Origin: Armatimonadota bacterium
GTDB taxonomy: Bacteria > Armatimonadota > Fimbriimonadia > Fimbriimonadales > GBS-DC
Direction: 5' to 3'
Assembly (NCBI GenBank): GCA_039630445.1
Contig: JBCNVA010000141.1
Location: 347 to 64,346 of the forward strand
Length of the DNA: 64,000 nt
This document shows, one piece after another, positions 23,674-32,973 of this stretch (the first letter of the stretch is position 1; each line of letters starts with the position of its first letter). The translations under genes were made by a program, and so were the position numbers. The notes beneath the pieces were generated by a model. That model was not told where the DNA came from, searched no databases, and saw only the letters and a program-made list of their open reading frames with translations.

Positions 23674-24915
23674 ATGCCGTCGGAAATCATCCATCTGGAA
23701 GGCCATGTCATCGATTCGCTTACCCTTTCCAAGGTGCTGGACATCCTTTCGGCATACGAGGGCGTGCGCTACGAAATCCGCCACGCCAAAATCGGACACA
23801 CGCGCGAAGAGACCAGCCGCTTCGAGATCCTGGTGCAAGCGGACACCGAAGAGCGGTTAGAAAAAGTGCTGGAAGAGGTGCATCAGCACGGCGCGAACTT
23901 CGCCCATGCGGATGCGCATCTGGAACCTGCCCCCAAAGACGGCGTTTTCCCCGAAGATTTCTACTCCACCACGAATCTGGAGACTTTCGTGCGCGTGCAT
24001 CACCGCTGGATCCCTGTGGAGAACATCGAGATGGACTGCGGGATCCGCGTGTGGCAAGAGGGGCATCGGTGGCGGGCGGCGACTGTGCCGATGGCACGGG
24101 TCAAAAAGGGCGATCTGATTGTGGTGGGTCATGAGGGCATTCGTGTCACCCCACCTGAGCGGCGCGATCCGACCTCCGTGTTCGCTTTTATGGGCAGCGA
24201 TGTGTCCTCCGAGAAGCCCAAGGAGCGCGCGGTGCGCGGCGTCGCCGAGGAGGTGCGCAAAGCGAAACAGCGCGGCGAGAAGGTACTGTTCGTCGGCGGA
24301 CCCGCCATCATCCACACGGGTGCAGGACCCTATCTGGAGCAACTGATCCGCAACGGCTGGATCGATGTGCTGTTTGCAGGCAACGCGCTCGCCGCGCACG
24401 ATATTGAAGCCGCCTTCTACGGCACTTCGCTCGGCGTCGCGCTGGAGCTGGGCGCACCTGTGCGCCACGGACACCAGAACCATATCCGCGCCATCAACCG
24501 CATCCGGATGGTAGGGGGTATCCGCGCCGCCGTTGAACAGGGCATCTTGAAAAAGGGTGTGATGTACGAATGCATCAAGCACAATGTGCCGTTCGTATTG
24601 GCGGGCAGCATTCGCGATGATGGTCCCCTGCCCGAAGTGATTACCGATGTGCTGGAGGCGCAGGACGCGATGCGGGCACACATCCCTGGCGTGGGCGTTG
24701 CCATTATGGTCGCCACCACGCTTCATTCCGTCGCGACGGGGAATCTGCTGCCTGCCAGCGTGCGCGTGTTCTGCGTGGATAACGATGCCGACACGGTCAT
24801 CAAACTCACCGATCGGGGCACGCACCAGACCTTCCCCATCGTGACCGACTGCCACTTCTTTATGAAGGAACTCGCGCTCCATCTGATTGAGCCGTTTGTG
24901 CCAGCGAAGCTATAG
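23674..24915 (+). CDS. TIGR00300-like protein (LOR/SDH conserved-region family; ornithine cyclodeaminase/arginine dihydrolase-related)
   Basis: N-terminus IIHLEGHVIDSLTLSKVLDIL and the GGPAIIHTG block match my recollection of this family. ATG 23674 is preceded by AGGAGG (23661-23666). ORF track TTG 23656 rejected. Confidence 0.65.
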   Translation: MPSEIIHLEGHVIDSLTLSKVLDILSAYEGVRYEIRHAKIGHTREETSRFEILVQADTEERLEKVLEEVHQHGANFAHADAHLEPAPKDGVFPEDFYSTTNLETFVRVHHRWIPVENIEMDCGIRVWQEGHRWRAATVPMARVKKGDLIVVGHEGIRVTPPERRDPTSVFAFMGSDVSSEKPKERAVRGVAEEVRKAKQRGEKVLFVGGPAIIHTGAGPYLEQLIRNGWIDVLFAGNALAAHDIEAAFYGTSLGVALELGAPVRHGHQNHIRAINRIRMVGGIRAAVEQGILKKGVMYECIKHNVPFVLAGSIRDDGPLPEVITDVLEAQDAMRAHIPGVGVAIMVATTLHSVATGNLLPASVRVFCVDNDADTVIKLTDRGTHQTFPIVTDCHFFMKELALHLIEPFVPAKL

Positions 24916-25815
24916 CGGAAGCTGTTCCACTTCCTCGCGGGTGGGCAGGGAGGGCTGTGCACCCCAGCGGGTGACAGCGATCGCAGCGACACGCTGACCG
25001 AACTGAACCGCTTCATGGATGGAACGCCCCTCGGTAAGGGCGACGGTGAACCCTGCGACGAAGGCGTCGCCAGCTGCCGTTGTGTCCACCGCCTGCACGG
25101 GCAGCGCGGGCTGACGATGAATAGTGCCCTCCGCGTTGTAAATCGCGCCGCGTGCACCCAGCGTGATCACCCCCTGCGCACAGCCCCTTTCGAGCAGCAT
25201 ACGCAGCACAGCCTCCTCGTCCACCTCACCCCCAACGCCGATCAGCTGACGCGCCTCCGTCTCGTTCGGGATCAGCACCGTGACCATCTGCATCAAGTCA
25301 GGAGCGAGCAGACAGGCGGGCGCAGGGTTGAGAATGAAAGGCACACCGTGTCGCCGTGCCAGCTGGGCAGCAGTTGCCACAGTGTCCATCGGGATCTCCG
25401 ACTGGGCTATCACAGCGTCCGCCTGAGCAATCGCAGGTTCGGCGCGTTCCACATGCTCAGGGCGCAGGTGCATGTTCGCGCCGGGCGCAACCACAATCGC
25501 GTTCTCCCCATAAGGTGAAACAGCAATCAGTGCCACGCCCGATGGATGTTCTGCCGTGCGCACCACATAGCGGGTATCGATCCCTTCCTGCGTGAGGTTC
25601 TCCACCGCAGCCTCGCCGAACGAATCGGTGCCGATGCAGCCGATGAAGCAGACCTGTGCGCCCAGCCGCGCTGCTGCCACCGCCTGATTCGCCCCTTTGC
25701 CACCCGGAATGACGCGCACGGCATCACCCAGCACCGTCTCGCCCGGTGCCGGAATCGCAGGCACCTGCACCACCAGATCGGTGTTCGAACTGCCAACCAC
25801 GACCAGCCTGCTCAT
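24910..25815 (-). CDS. rbsK: ribokinase
   Basis: VVVGSSNTDLVV...GGKGANQAVAAARLG...DTTAAGDAF. PfkB ribokinase signatures. Confidence 0.9.
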   Translation of the reverse strand: MSRLVVVGSSNTDLVVQVPAIPAPGETVLGDAVRVIPGGKGANQAVAAARLGAQVCFIGCIGTDSFGEAAVENLTQEGIDTRYVVRTAEHPSGVALIAVSPYGENAIVVAPGANMHLRPEHVERAEPAIAQADAVIAQSEIPMDTVATAAQLARRHGVPFILNPAPACLLAPDLMQMVTVLIPNETEARQLIGVGGEVDEEAVLRMLLERGCAQGVITLGARGAIYNAEGTIHRQPALPVQAVDTTAAGDAFVAGFTVALTEGRSIHEAVQFGQRVAAIAVTRWGAQPSLPTREEVEQLPL

Positions 25816-26016
25816 CGCCCTACCTGGTGGGAAAGTATAGCATGTTAGCGGCTTCTGTTAGCTGATTTGCTCATCCCCTCGGCAGCAGTGGAAAAAATCG
25901 GCACAGGCGTACGAGTTTTCAAGAGCTATTCGGCAAATCGGGACTAAAGTCCCAACTGCCCATCTGCGTGCAGGGATTATCATTAAGGAGAGAGAGAATC
26001 GAAAGGAGGTGCGACG

Positions 26017-26703
26017 ATGCATACCGAACATGGTTGGCGGCAGTGGCTTTTGCAAAAAGCGGTCTGGCTCTGCAGTTGCGAGGCGGAGGCAGAAGATCTT
26101 GTACAGGACTGTCTCCATGCTTTCTATCGCTGTTTCTGCTTCTATCCTTGGCAACGCCCGCTGGAACCTGACGAACTCCGTCACGCCCGTGCTTGGTGCA
26201 AACGCAAACTTCAGGCGCTGGCAATAGACCGAGCCAAACAGCCCCACCGCCAGCGCGAATTGCAGCTGCTGGATACCGAGATTGGGGAGTATCTGGCAGT
26301 AAGCAACCCAGAGGATGGCCTGATTTTACAGATTGCGCTTGAGCAGTTCATCGCCCACTTACCTGTCTACCTGCAGAAGGTTGCCGAGTTGTACAATCGG
26401 GGGTATGATTATAGAGAAATCGCACGAAGGCTGGAATTATCGGAGGGCAGTGTGCGGCAATACATGAGGCGGATCAATAAGTTGGGGCAGGCATTTTTCG
26501 GGCTCGATGTTCACAAATCGGCGGTTTCGGTCGTTAATAGAGATGGAAGCCCCAAAGAGGGTTTCCCAGAACAATTGGAGGAGGAGCCAAGCGATGAGAA
26601 GACGCAAGGTATTGCTGATGAGCGCGGTTGCGCTGACGATAGCGAACTTGGTGGCACTACCGAACACCCTTGCCGTCCTCGCCGAACTCAGCGGGGGGGG
26701 TAA
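26017..26703 (+). CDS. sigma-70 family (ECF-like) RNA polymerase sigma factor
   Basis: Region-2-like AEDLVQDCLHAFYR...RAWCKRKLQALAIDRAKQ. Region-4 HTH YDYREIARRLELSEGSVRQYMRRI. AAGGAGG lies upstream of ATG 26017. The 3' ~110 nt overlap the next gene in another frame, so the functional C-terminus is uncertain. Confidence 0.7.
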   Translation: MHTEHGWRQWLLQKAVWLCSCEAEAEDLVQDCLHAFYRCFCFYPWQRPLEPDELRHARAWCKRKLQALAIDRAKQPHRQRELQLLDTEIGEYLAVSNPEDGLILQIALEQFIAHLPVYLQKVAELYNRGYDYREIARRLELSEGSVRQYMRRINKLGQAFFGLDVHKSAVSVVNRDGSPKEGFPEQLEEEPSDEKTQGIADERGCADDSELGGTTEHPCRPRRTQRGG

Positions 26704-27208
26704 AGTGTCAGCAAGTCTTGTCCCTGGCAAAGGATGCGGTTGTTCCGGAGGGTCTACCATTTTGGACGAGTCCAAGTTGAAGCAACAGCTACGGCAGAAC
26801 CACTTGGTGATGGCTCAGATATTCCCGATGGGTGATAACACACCGGGGCCTTTGCCTCCAGTAATTGGAGTGCCTCTACCCCCAGGTGGAGGTGGCCCAG
26901 CAAGGACTGGCTGCGAAGATTGCGGTCGTCCTGCAGGTACAGTGCCTGCCAATCAATTCTGTATGAATCCACCGAATGCCGATTGTAATGGATGGATACC
27001 TTGGGATAACGACTACATTTACCAGTGGTATGTTATAGTGTACCACTGTCCCAATGGTTCCTTCTATGTATGCCATGGACCGTTTCGCACAGAGGAGTGC
27101 TGCCGAACGAGAAATACCCGTATCCAACCTTGCGAGCCGCCTCCTACAGATCCCTTTGATCCTACACAACCACTTCTCCCGTGTCGGTCAAGAATTCCAA
27201 GTCCATAG
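26594..27208 (+). CDS. exported Gly/Pro/Cys-rich protein, function unknown (204 aa, 12 Cys)
   Basis: ORF track 26507..27208. I start at ATG 26594 (MRRRKVLLMSAVALTIANLVALP: basic residues then a hydrophobic helix), preceded by GGAGGAGG (26577-26584). Cys motifs GCGC, CEDC, CC. Followed by a 9-bp hairpin. Confidence 0.6.
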   Translation: MRRRKVLLMSAVALTIANLVALPNTLAVLAELSGGGKVSASLVPGKGCGCSGGSTILDESKLKQQLRQNHLVMAQIFPMGDNTPGPLPPVIGVPLPPGGGGPARTGCEDCGRPAGTVPANQFCMNPPNADCNGWIPWDNDYIYQWYVIVYHCPNGSFYVCHGPFRTEECCRTRNTRIQPCEPPPTDPFDPTQPLLPCRSRIPSP

Positions 27209-27231
27209 GTTCTTAACTGCCGTTCTCGTTT

Positions 27232-27257
27232 GGGGGTGAAGTATCGAATTCACCCCC
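27232..27257 (+). terminator. stem-loop GGGGGTGAA-gtatcgaa-TTCACCCCC downstream of the Cys-rich gene
   Basis: 9-bp perfect stem, 24 nt after the stop. No T-tract. Confidence 0.4.
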
Positions 27258-27295
27258 AGCGAGACCAAATACAGAGTGACGAGAGGTGATCAGCG

Positions 27296-27940
27296 TTGCA
27301 GATGAAGAGCATGGTGGCAAACTACGCTGTTTATAAGGGACGCTGTATCGGTTTCACTCTGCTGGAGCTACTGGTAGTGGTGCTGATTATAATGCTATTG
27401 GTAGCTCTAATACTACCAGTGCTGACCACCGCACGCAAGCACTCCTATCAAGCAATATGTATTTCTAACATGCGTCAAATCCACACTGCTTGGATGCTCT
27501 ATATTGGGGACTATGGAGGTTCAGTCACTGACACGACATGCTGGCCAAAATGGCAATCGTTGATCCCTTATATAAAAGATAACCGCGTGCTGATATGCCA
27601 TAGTGACCCCGTTCACGGTTGGTGGAGGCTTCTTGGGGAAGAACCTGACAGCAGCTATGCATTTCTTGAGCCTCCCATGGCAGCGGATGTTCTGCGGTTG
27701 GATCCTAATCCTGGAATTGTAGGATGCTTCCTTCATGGGCAGTGTCGGATGAGACATACGCCGCTTTGTAAAGGACTGGTACTCAGAATACGCGCGGATG
27801 GCTCTCTTGGGCGTGGGCGTTTCCTTCTTCTCTGCTTCCCAAACGGACACGGCTGGACATCCTGGTACTTCTTTACCGATGCGCCCTGTCCACCACGGTA
27901 CCGATTAGGAGGCATACCTTGTGACCCGCCTTCATGGTGA
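27296..27940 (+). CDS. prepilin-type N-terminal cleavage/methylation domain protein (DUF1559-like pseudopilin), Cys-rich C-terminal half
   Basis: G|FTLLELLVVVLI prepilin motif. SNMRQIHTAWMLYIGDYGG resembles the DUF1559 head. 9 Cys after the cleavage site. TTG 27296 has GAGGTGA 6-7 nt upstream; alternative ATG at 27302. Confidence 0.75.
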   Translation: MQMKSMVANYAVYKGRCIGFTLLELLVVVLIIMLLVALILPVLTTARKHSYQAICISNMRQIHTAWMLYIGDYGGSVTDTTCWPKWQSLIPYIKDNRVLICHSDPVHGWWRLLGEEPDSSYAFLEPPMAADVLRLDPNPGIVGCFLHGQCRMRHTPLCKGLVLRIRADGSLGRGRFLLLCFPNGHGWTSWYFFTDAPCPPRYRLGGIPCDPPSW

Positions 27941-27983
27941 GAAGGCAACAATAAACACAAACTGAAGGAGACCGAGACCGACG

Positions 27984-28418
27984 ATGCGACGGAGCATAGA
28001 AGGCTGGCTTATTCTCTTGATCACCGCTCCGCTGTTGATGTGGGGCGTAATCAAGATTAGCGTGTGGCTGCTTTCAGTAATTTTAGGCACGCCAATGGCG
28101 TTTGGGAAGCCCATCCCTTCGCTGGCAGAGATAGTTCTGTTTTGGCTGTTTGCAGCACCTGTGGCCGCAGGAGCCTACCATTATGTAACGCAGTCGGACA
28201 GACGAAAGCAATTAGGAGCGTCCGTTGCGATGATTGGACCGCCAGCGTTGCTGTTTGCAATTCAGCTTATCGACAGGTCAGCCCAGAGCATTTCTGCACG
28301 CGCATGGTTGATGGATACGGGGTTGCTCGTAGCCTTGTTGGTGGGGTTAGCCGCTTATGTGTGGCTCACACTCCATTTAGCCCGCCTGCTCGCCTCTTGG
28401 CAGTCAATGCACGGCTGA
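27984..28418 (+). CDS. hypothetical 4-TM membrane protein
   Basis: 144 aa with four hydrophobic stretches. AAGGAG upstream. No family recognised. Confidence 0.5.
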   Translation: MRRSIEGWLILLITAPLLMWGVIKISVWLLSVILGTPMAFGKPIPSLAEIVLFWLFAAPVAAGAYHYVTQSDRRKQLGASVAMIGPPALLFAIQLIDRSAQSISARAWLMDTGLLVALLVGLAAYVWLTLHLARLLASWQSMHG

Positions 28419-28544
28419 CTTCCTTTATCTGATACGAATGAAGATTGCAAGTATTAAAGTATAGATTATCTGACCAGGCTACCCCAAGCAAGGGATATCC
28501 ACAAGGTGGCAAGATGGGTTATACTATATCCCAAGGAGGGAGCG

Positions 28545-30575
28545 ATGAAACGCAAGATCACCATCGAGGATCTGTTCCGCATTCGGTTGCTGGGCAACCC
28601 CCAGATTGCGCCTGACGGCAGTCGGGTGGTGTTCGTGTATAAGTGGATCGACGCGGAAAAGAACAAATACTTCTCCAACTTGTGGATGGTGCCGTTTGAA
28701 GGGGGCGAGGCACGCCCGTTCACCTATGGCGAATGGAGCGATTCGTCACCACGCTGGTCGCCTGACGGCAAGCAGATCGCTTTTATAAGCAACCGCCAGA
28801 AGCCTAAAAGCCAGATTTATGTGATCCCCGCGGATGGCGGCGAAGCACGCCCCATCACCCATCTGGAGGAGGGCAGCATCGGCGAGTTCGCCTGGTCGCC
28901 CGACGGCACGCGCATCGCCTTCACCTATCGCGAGACCGCACCCGAATGGCGTGAGGAGGCGGTCAAACAGCGCAAGGAGAAGGGGCTATCGAACCCACCC
29001 CGCGTAATCACCCGTGCCTACTGGCGACTAGACGGCGATGGCGCGTTCGTAGACCAGCGCTATCATCTTCATGTAGTGGATGTACGCACAGGCGAAACGC
29101 GCCAGCTCACCACCGATCCAGCTTATGAGGAATACAGCCCCACCTGGTCGCCCAACGGGAATTACATCGCGTTCCTGTCGAACCGTCGCCCTGACCCCGA
29201 TAATGACCCTGATCGGATCGACATCTGGGTGGTTCCTGCGGAGGGTGGCGCGATTCGGCGCGTGGAGACGCCCGAAGGACCCAAGTATCTCCTGCGCTGG
29301 TCGCCTGATGGACGCTATTTAGCCTATCTGGGGCATCCGTATCCTGATGATCCTTATCCTCGCTGCGATCATCTTTGGCGCGTGTCACCCGAAGGGGGCG
29401 ACGCGGTGAATCTCACCCCGCATCTGGATAATGTGATTGGTGTCGCCACACTGACCGATGTGCGTGAGTTTGGTGGTGGTGGCGTGCTCTACTGGAGCGC
29501 AGATGGGCAGTTCCTCTACTTCTTGGTCAGCGAGCGGGGCGGCGTCTATCCCTATCGGGTGCGCGTCGACGGCAGCCACTTCGAGCGGCTGCTGGAAGGC
29601 GACTTCGAGATCGCCGATTTCACGCTGGCGCAGGGCGAGCATCGGTGTGCGCTGCTTTATGGCACGCCAACGATGCCCCACGAAATCTACGCGGGCACTT
29701 TGCAGGGCAATACGCTGAGCATTAGCCCGCTCACTGCGCTCAATCAGCCCCTGCTGGACGAGGTAGAGATCGCGACCCCTGAAGAGTTCGAGGTGGAGGC
29801 GGACGACGGCGTCAAAATCCACGGCTGGCTGCTGAAACCGCCCGATTTCGACCCCGCGCGTCGCTACCCTGCTATCCTGATGATTCATGGCGGTCCGCAT
29901 GCGCAGTACGGGCGTGTCTTCTTCCACGAATTCCAGCTGACGGCGGCACAGGGCTATGTGGTGGCTTACACCAATCCGCGCGGCAGCTGGGGCTATGGCG
30001 AGGCGTTCGCCCGCGCCATCAAAGGCGACTGGGGCAACCGCGACTTTCGCGACCTGATGCATGTGGCGGACTATCTGGCAAGCTTACCCTTCGTAGATGC
30101 CGAACGAATGGGCGTGGCAGGCGGCAGCTACGGCGGCTATATGACCAACTGGATTGTGGGGCACACTGACCGCTTCAAAGCCGCCATCACCGACCGCAGT
30201 GTGGTCAATCTGGTGAGCATGGCGGGCACCTCCGACTTCCCGATGCTGCCCAATCGCTACTGGCAGGGCAACTTCTGGGATGAGCCGCAAAAACTCTGGG
30301 AGCAGTCGCCCTTGGCGTATGCGGCGCGTATCCGTACGCCGCTGCTGATTGTGCACAGCGAGGGCGACCTGCGCTGCCCGATCAGCGAAGCCGATCAGCT
30401 GTTCGCTGCGCTCAAACGGCTGGGACGCGAAGTGGTCTATGTGCGCTACCCGCTCGAAAGCAGCCACGGGCTATCGCGCAGCGGACCGCCCGACCTACGC
30501 GCCGATCGCCTGAAACGCTACCTGGAGTGGTGGGCAAAGTATCTACAGCCGTCCGCCCAAAGCAGGGAAGGCTAA
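28545..30575 (+). CDS. S9-family serine peptidase (acylaminoacyl-peptidase / prolyl oligopeptidase type) with beta-propeller N-domain
   Basis: WSPDG repeats (TolB-like propeller). Catalytic GGSYGGYM, and later D...H. ATG 28545 preceded by AAGGAGGGAG. ORF track GTG 28506 rejected. Confidence 0.9.
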   Translation: MKRKITIEDLFRIRLLGNPQIAPDGSRVVFVYKWIDAEKNKYFSNLWMVPFEGGEARPFTYGEWSDSSPRWSPDGKQIAFISNRQKPKSQIYVIPADGGEARPITHLEEGSIGEFAWSPDGTRIAFTYRETAPEWREEAVKQRKEKGLSNPPRVITRAYWRLDGDGAFVDQRYHLHVVDVRTGETRQLTTDPAYEEYSPTWSPNGNYIAFLSNRRPDPDNDPDRIDIWVVPAEGGAIRRVETPEGPKYLLRWSPDGRYLAYLGHPYPDDPYPRCDHLWRVSPEGGDAVNLTPHLDNVIGVATLTDVREFGGGGVLYWSADGQFLYFLVSERGGVYPYRVRVDGSHFERLLEGDFEIADFTLAQGEHRCALLYGTPTMPHEIYAGTLQGNTLSISPLTALNQPLLDEVEIATPEEFEVEADDGVKIHGWLLKPPDFDPARRYPAILMIHGGPHAQYGRVFFHEFQLTAAQGYVVAYTNPRGSWGYGEAFARAIKGDWGNRDFRDLMHVADYLASLPFVDAERMGVAGGSYGGYMTNWIVGHTDRFKAAITDRSVVNLVSMAGTSDFPMLPNRYWQGNFWDEPQKLWEQSPLAYAARIRTPLLIVHSEGDLRCPISEADQLFAALKRLGREVVYVRYPLESSHGLSRSGPPDLRADRLKRYLEWWAKYLQPSAQSREG

Positions 30576-30600
30576 CTCCTTCGGCGAATCAGCAGGTGCT

Positions 30601-32079
30601 ATGCCGACCCTGCTGGCGGTAGACCTCGGGGCTGAGAGCGGGCGTGCCGTGCTGGGACGCCTGCAGGGGCAGACGCTCCATGTGCAGGAGGTACATCGCT
30701 TCCCCAACAAGCCGGTGCGCGTGCGTGGCACCCTCTATTGGAACATTCTTGCGCTCTATGAGGAGGTGCTAACTGCCCTCCAACGCGCCGCCCAAGCTGC
30801 CGAGGAGCCTATCGAATCAGTCGGCATCGACACCTGGGGCGTCGATTTCGCGCTGCTGGATCGCCACGGGCAACTGCTGGGCAACCCCGTGCATTATCGG
30901 GACTCGCGTACCGAAGGCATGATGGACGCCGTGTTCCAGCGCATCCCGAAGGAGGTGATCTATCAGCGCACGGGTATCCAGTTCATGCCGATCAACACGC
31001 TCTACCAGCTCTATGCGCTGGTGGTGCGTCAAGACCCTCAGCTGGAACAGGCGCGTACTTTCCTGACCATGCCCGATCTGCTGCACTACTGGCTGACGGG
31101 CGAGGCGGTGTGCGAGTTCACGAACGCGACCACCACACAGTGCTACGACCCACGCGCCGACGGCTGGGCTATCGATCTGCTGGCGCAGTTGGGCATTCCG
31201 ACGCATCTTTTTCCAGAGGTGCGGACACCGGGCACGATTCTGGGGGATTTAGCGGGGGAGGTGGCGCAGGCAACCGGGCTGTCAGGCGTGAAGGTGGTGC
31301 TGCCCGCAGCGCACGACACTGGTTCTGCAGTTGCCGCAGTGCCCTTCGCAGATCCCCACGCCGCCTATATTAGCTCGGGCACATGGTCGCTGGTCGGCGT
31401 GGAGACCCGCGAGCCAGTCATCACTGGGGTGGGACTGCAATATAACCTCACGAATGAAGGGGGTGTCGGTAAACGGTTCCGATTGCTCAAAAATGTGATG
31501 GGGCTATGGCTGCTACAGGAGTGCCGCCGCACATGGGCGAGCCAGGGCAACGAATGGAGCTATGAGGCGTTGGTTGCGATGGCGGAGGAGGCACCCCGCT
31601 TCCGCTCGCTGATCGATCCCGACGATGGGCGCTTCCTACCACCGGGCGATATGCCCGCACGGATTCAGGCGTTCTGCCAAGAGACTGATCAGCCTGTGCC
31701 GCAGTCGCCGGGCGAGATTGTCCGCTGCATTTTGGAAAGCCTCGCGCTGCGCTACCGTCAGGTGATCGAGCGGTTGGAGCAGGTGACGGGCTGGCACATC
31801 CCTGTCGTGCATATCGTGGGCGGCGGGGTGCGCAACCGATGGCTCTGCCAGGCAACCGCAGACGCTACGGGACGCTCCGTGCTGGCAGGTCCCATCGAGG
31901 CAACCGCGATAGGCAACCTGCTGGTGCAGGCGATGGGACTGGGCTACCTGAGCGGGCTGGACGAGGTGCGAATGCTGGTGCAAAGCGCCTGCTCGCCAAC
32001 CCTGTATGAACCCCAAGACACCGATGCCTGGCAGGAGGCGTATGAGAAGTTTACACAATCCCTAAGCCCCAGTTCCTAA
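30601..32079 (+). CDS. rhaB: rhamnulokinase (FGGY family)
   Basis: LAVDLGAESGRAVLG...HRFPN.PVRVRGTLYWNIL...DTWGVDFALLD. Typical RhaB N-terminus. Confidence 0.85.
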   Translation: MPTLLAVDLGAESGRAVLGRLQGQTLHVQEVHRFPNKPVRVRGTLYWNILALYEEVLTALQRAAQAAEEPIESVGIDTWGVDFALLDRHGQLLGNPVHYRDSRTEGMMDAVFQRIPKEVIYQRTGIQFMPINTLYQLYALVVRQDPQLEQARTFLTMPDLLHYWLTGEAVCEFTNATTTQCYDPRADGWAIDLLAQLGIPTHLFPEVRTPGTILGDLAGEVAQATGLSGVKVVLPAAHDTGSAVAAVPFADPHAAYISSGTWSLVGVETREPVITGVGLQYNLTNEGGVGKRFRLLKNVMGLWLLQECRRTWASQGNEWSYEALVAMAEEAPRFRSLIDPDDGRFLPPGDMPARIQAFCQETDQPVPQSPGEIVRCILESLALRYRQVIERLEQVTGWHIPVVHIVGGGVRNRWLCQATADATGRSVLAGPIEATAIGNLLVQAMGLGYLSGLDEVRMLVQSACSPTLYEPQDTDAWQEAYEKFTQSLSPSS

Positions 32080-32104
32080 GCCCTAAATAAGGTATCCTCA
32101 GGAT

Positions 32105-32959
32105 GTGGACGAGAAGCGATTTCGCCTCACGGAGGCGGAGCGGGGAGCCATTATCCAGCGGCTTACGGAAGCATTGCAGGCGGAACCCTCGGTGTGGGGC
32201 GCGTGGCTGCACGGCTCATTTTTGGAAGGGCGTCCGTTTCATGATATCGATATCGCCATCTATGTGTCGCCCGATTCGCCCGCGGCGAGCGCGCCACTCC
32301 CGCTGGTGCTGGATTTGGGCGATCGTCTGGAGCGCGTAGTGCGATTGCCTGTGGATGTGCGGGTGCTGAATCGCGCACCGTTGAGTTTTCAGTTTCATGC
32401 GACAGCAGGGCGTCCCTTACTGCTACGCAACCCCGAAGCGTGCCATCGCTTCGTAGAGCAGGTGCGCCGCGTGTACGGGGACTTTGAGCCGATGATCCGC
32501 CAGCATCTGCGGGATGTGTTAGCGATGAATCCTGTGGATCCAGATGTGATTCGGACAAAAGCGGCAGCGATCCGGCGCAACATCGCGCGGGTTCGTGCAC
32601 TGGTAAACCTGCCTGATGAACAGTTCTGGGCAGATGAGCGCAACATCGAGGTGATCAAGCTCTGGCTAATCCAGCTGGTGCAGGATGCTGCTGATTTGTG
32701 CAACCATCTTGCCGCACGCCTGCTGAACGAAGCGCCAAGCAGCTATCCTGAGTGCTTTGAGCTGCTGGGCAAGGCACAGATTCTCGACAAACCTCTCACG
32801 GACAATCTGCGCCAAATGGCGCGATTCCGCAATCTGCTTGTGCATCGCTACTGGGATGTGGACGATCATCAGGTTTTGCAGATCGCTCGCACGCATCTTG
32901 TGGATTTAGAACAGTTTCTGCAGGCAATCGGGAAGGTGACGGGCATAGTTGTTGAGTAA
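32105..32959 (+). CDS. fused minimal nucleotidyltransferase (MntA-like) + HEPN/DUF86 (HepT-like) protein
   Basis: N-terminal half: HGSFLEGRPFHDIDIAIYV (G-S...D-x-D). C-terminal half: RFRNLLVHRYWDVD (R-x4-H-x-Y). GTG 32105 lies 6 nt after TATCCT. Confidence 0.8.
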   Translation: MDEKRFRLTEAERGAIIQRLTEALQAEPSVWGAWLHGSFLEGRPFHDIDIAIYVSPDSPAASAPLPLVLDLGDRLERVVRLPVDVRVLNRAPLSFQFHATAGRPLLLRNPEACHRFVEQVRRVYGDFEPMIRQHLRDVLAMNPVDPDVIRTKAAAIRRNIARVRALVNLPDEQFWADERNIEVIKLWLIQLVQDAADLCNHLAARLLNEAPSSYPECFELLGKAQILDKPLTDNLRQMARFRNLLVHRYWDVDDHQVLQIARTHLVDLEQFLQAIGKVTGIVVE

Positions 32960-32973
32960 TCGGTAGGGATGCG

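Noticed and set aside
23857-24882. 341-aa minus-strand ORF
   Set aside because: It is the antisense shadow of the TIGR00300-like gene, which has an SD, a sensible N-terminus and conserved blocks.
23147-25900. Integrated element at tRNA-Lys (also checked around tRNA-Ser at 40420-40512)
   Set aside because: There is no integrase, excisionase or phage/plasmid gene, and no direct repeat of a tRNA 3' end nearby. The flanking genes are ordinary metabolic genes.
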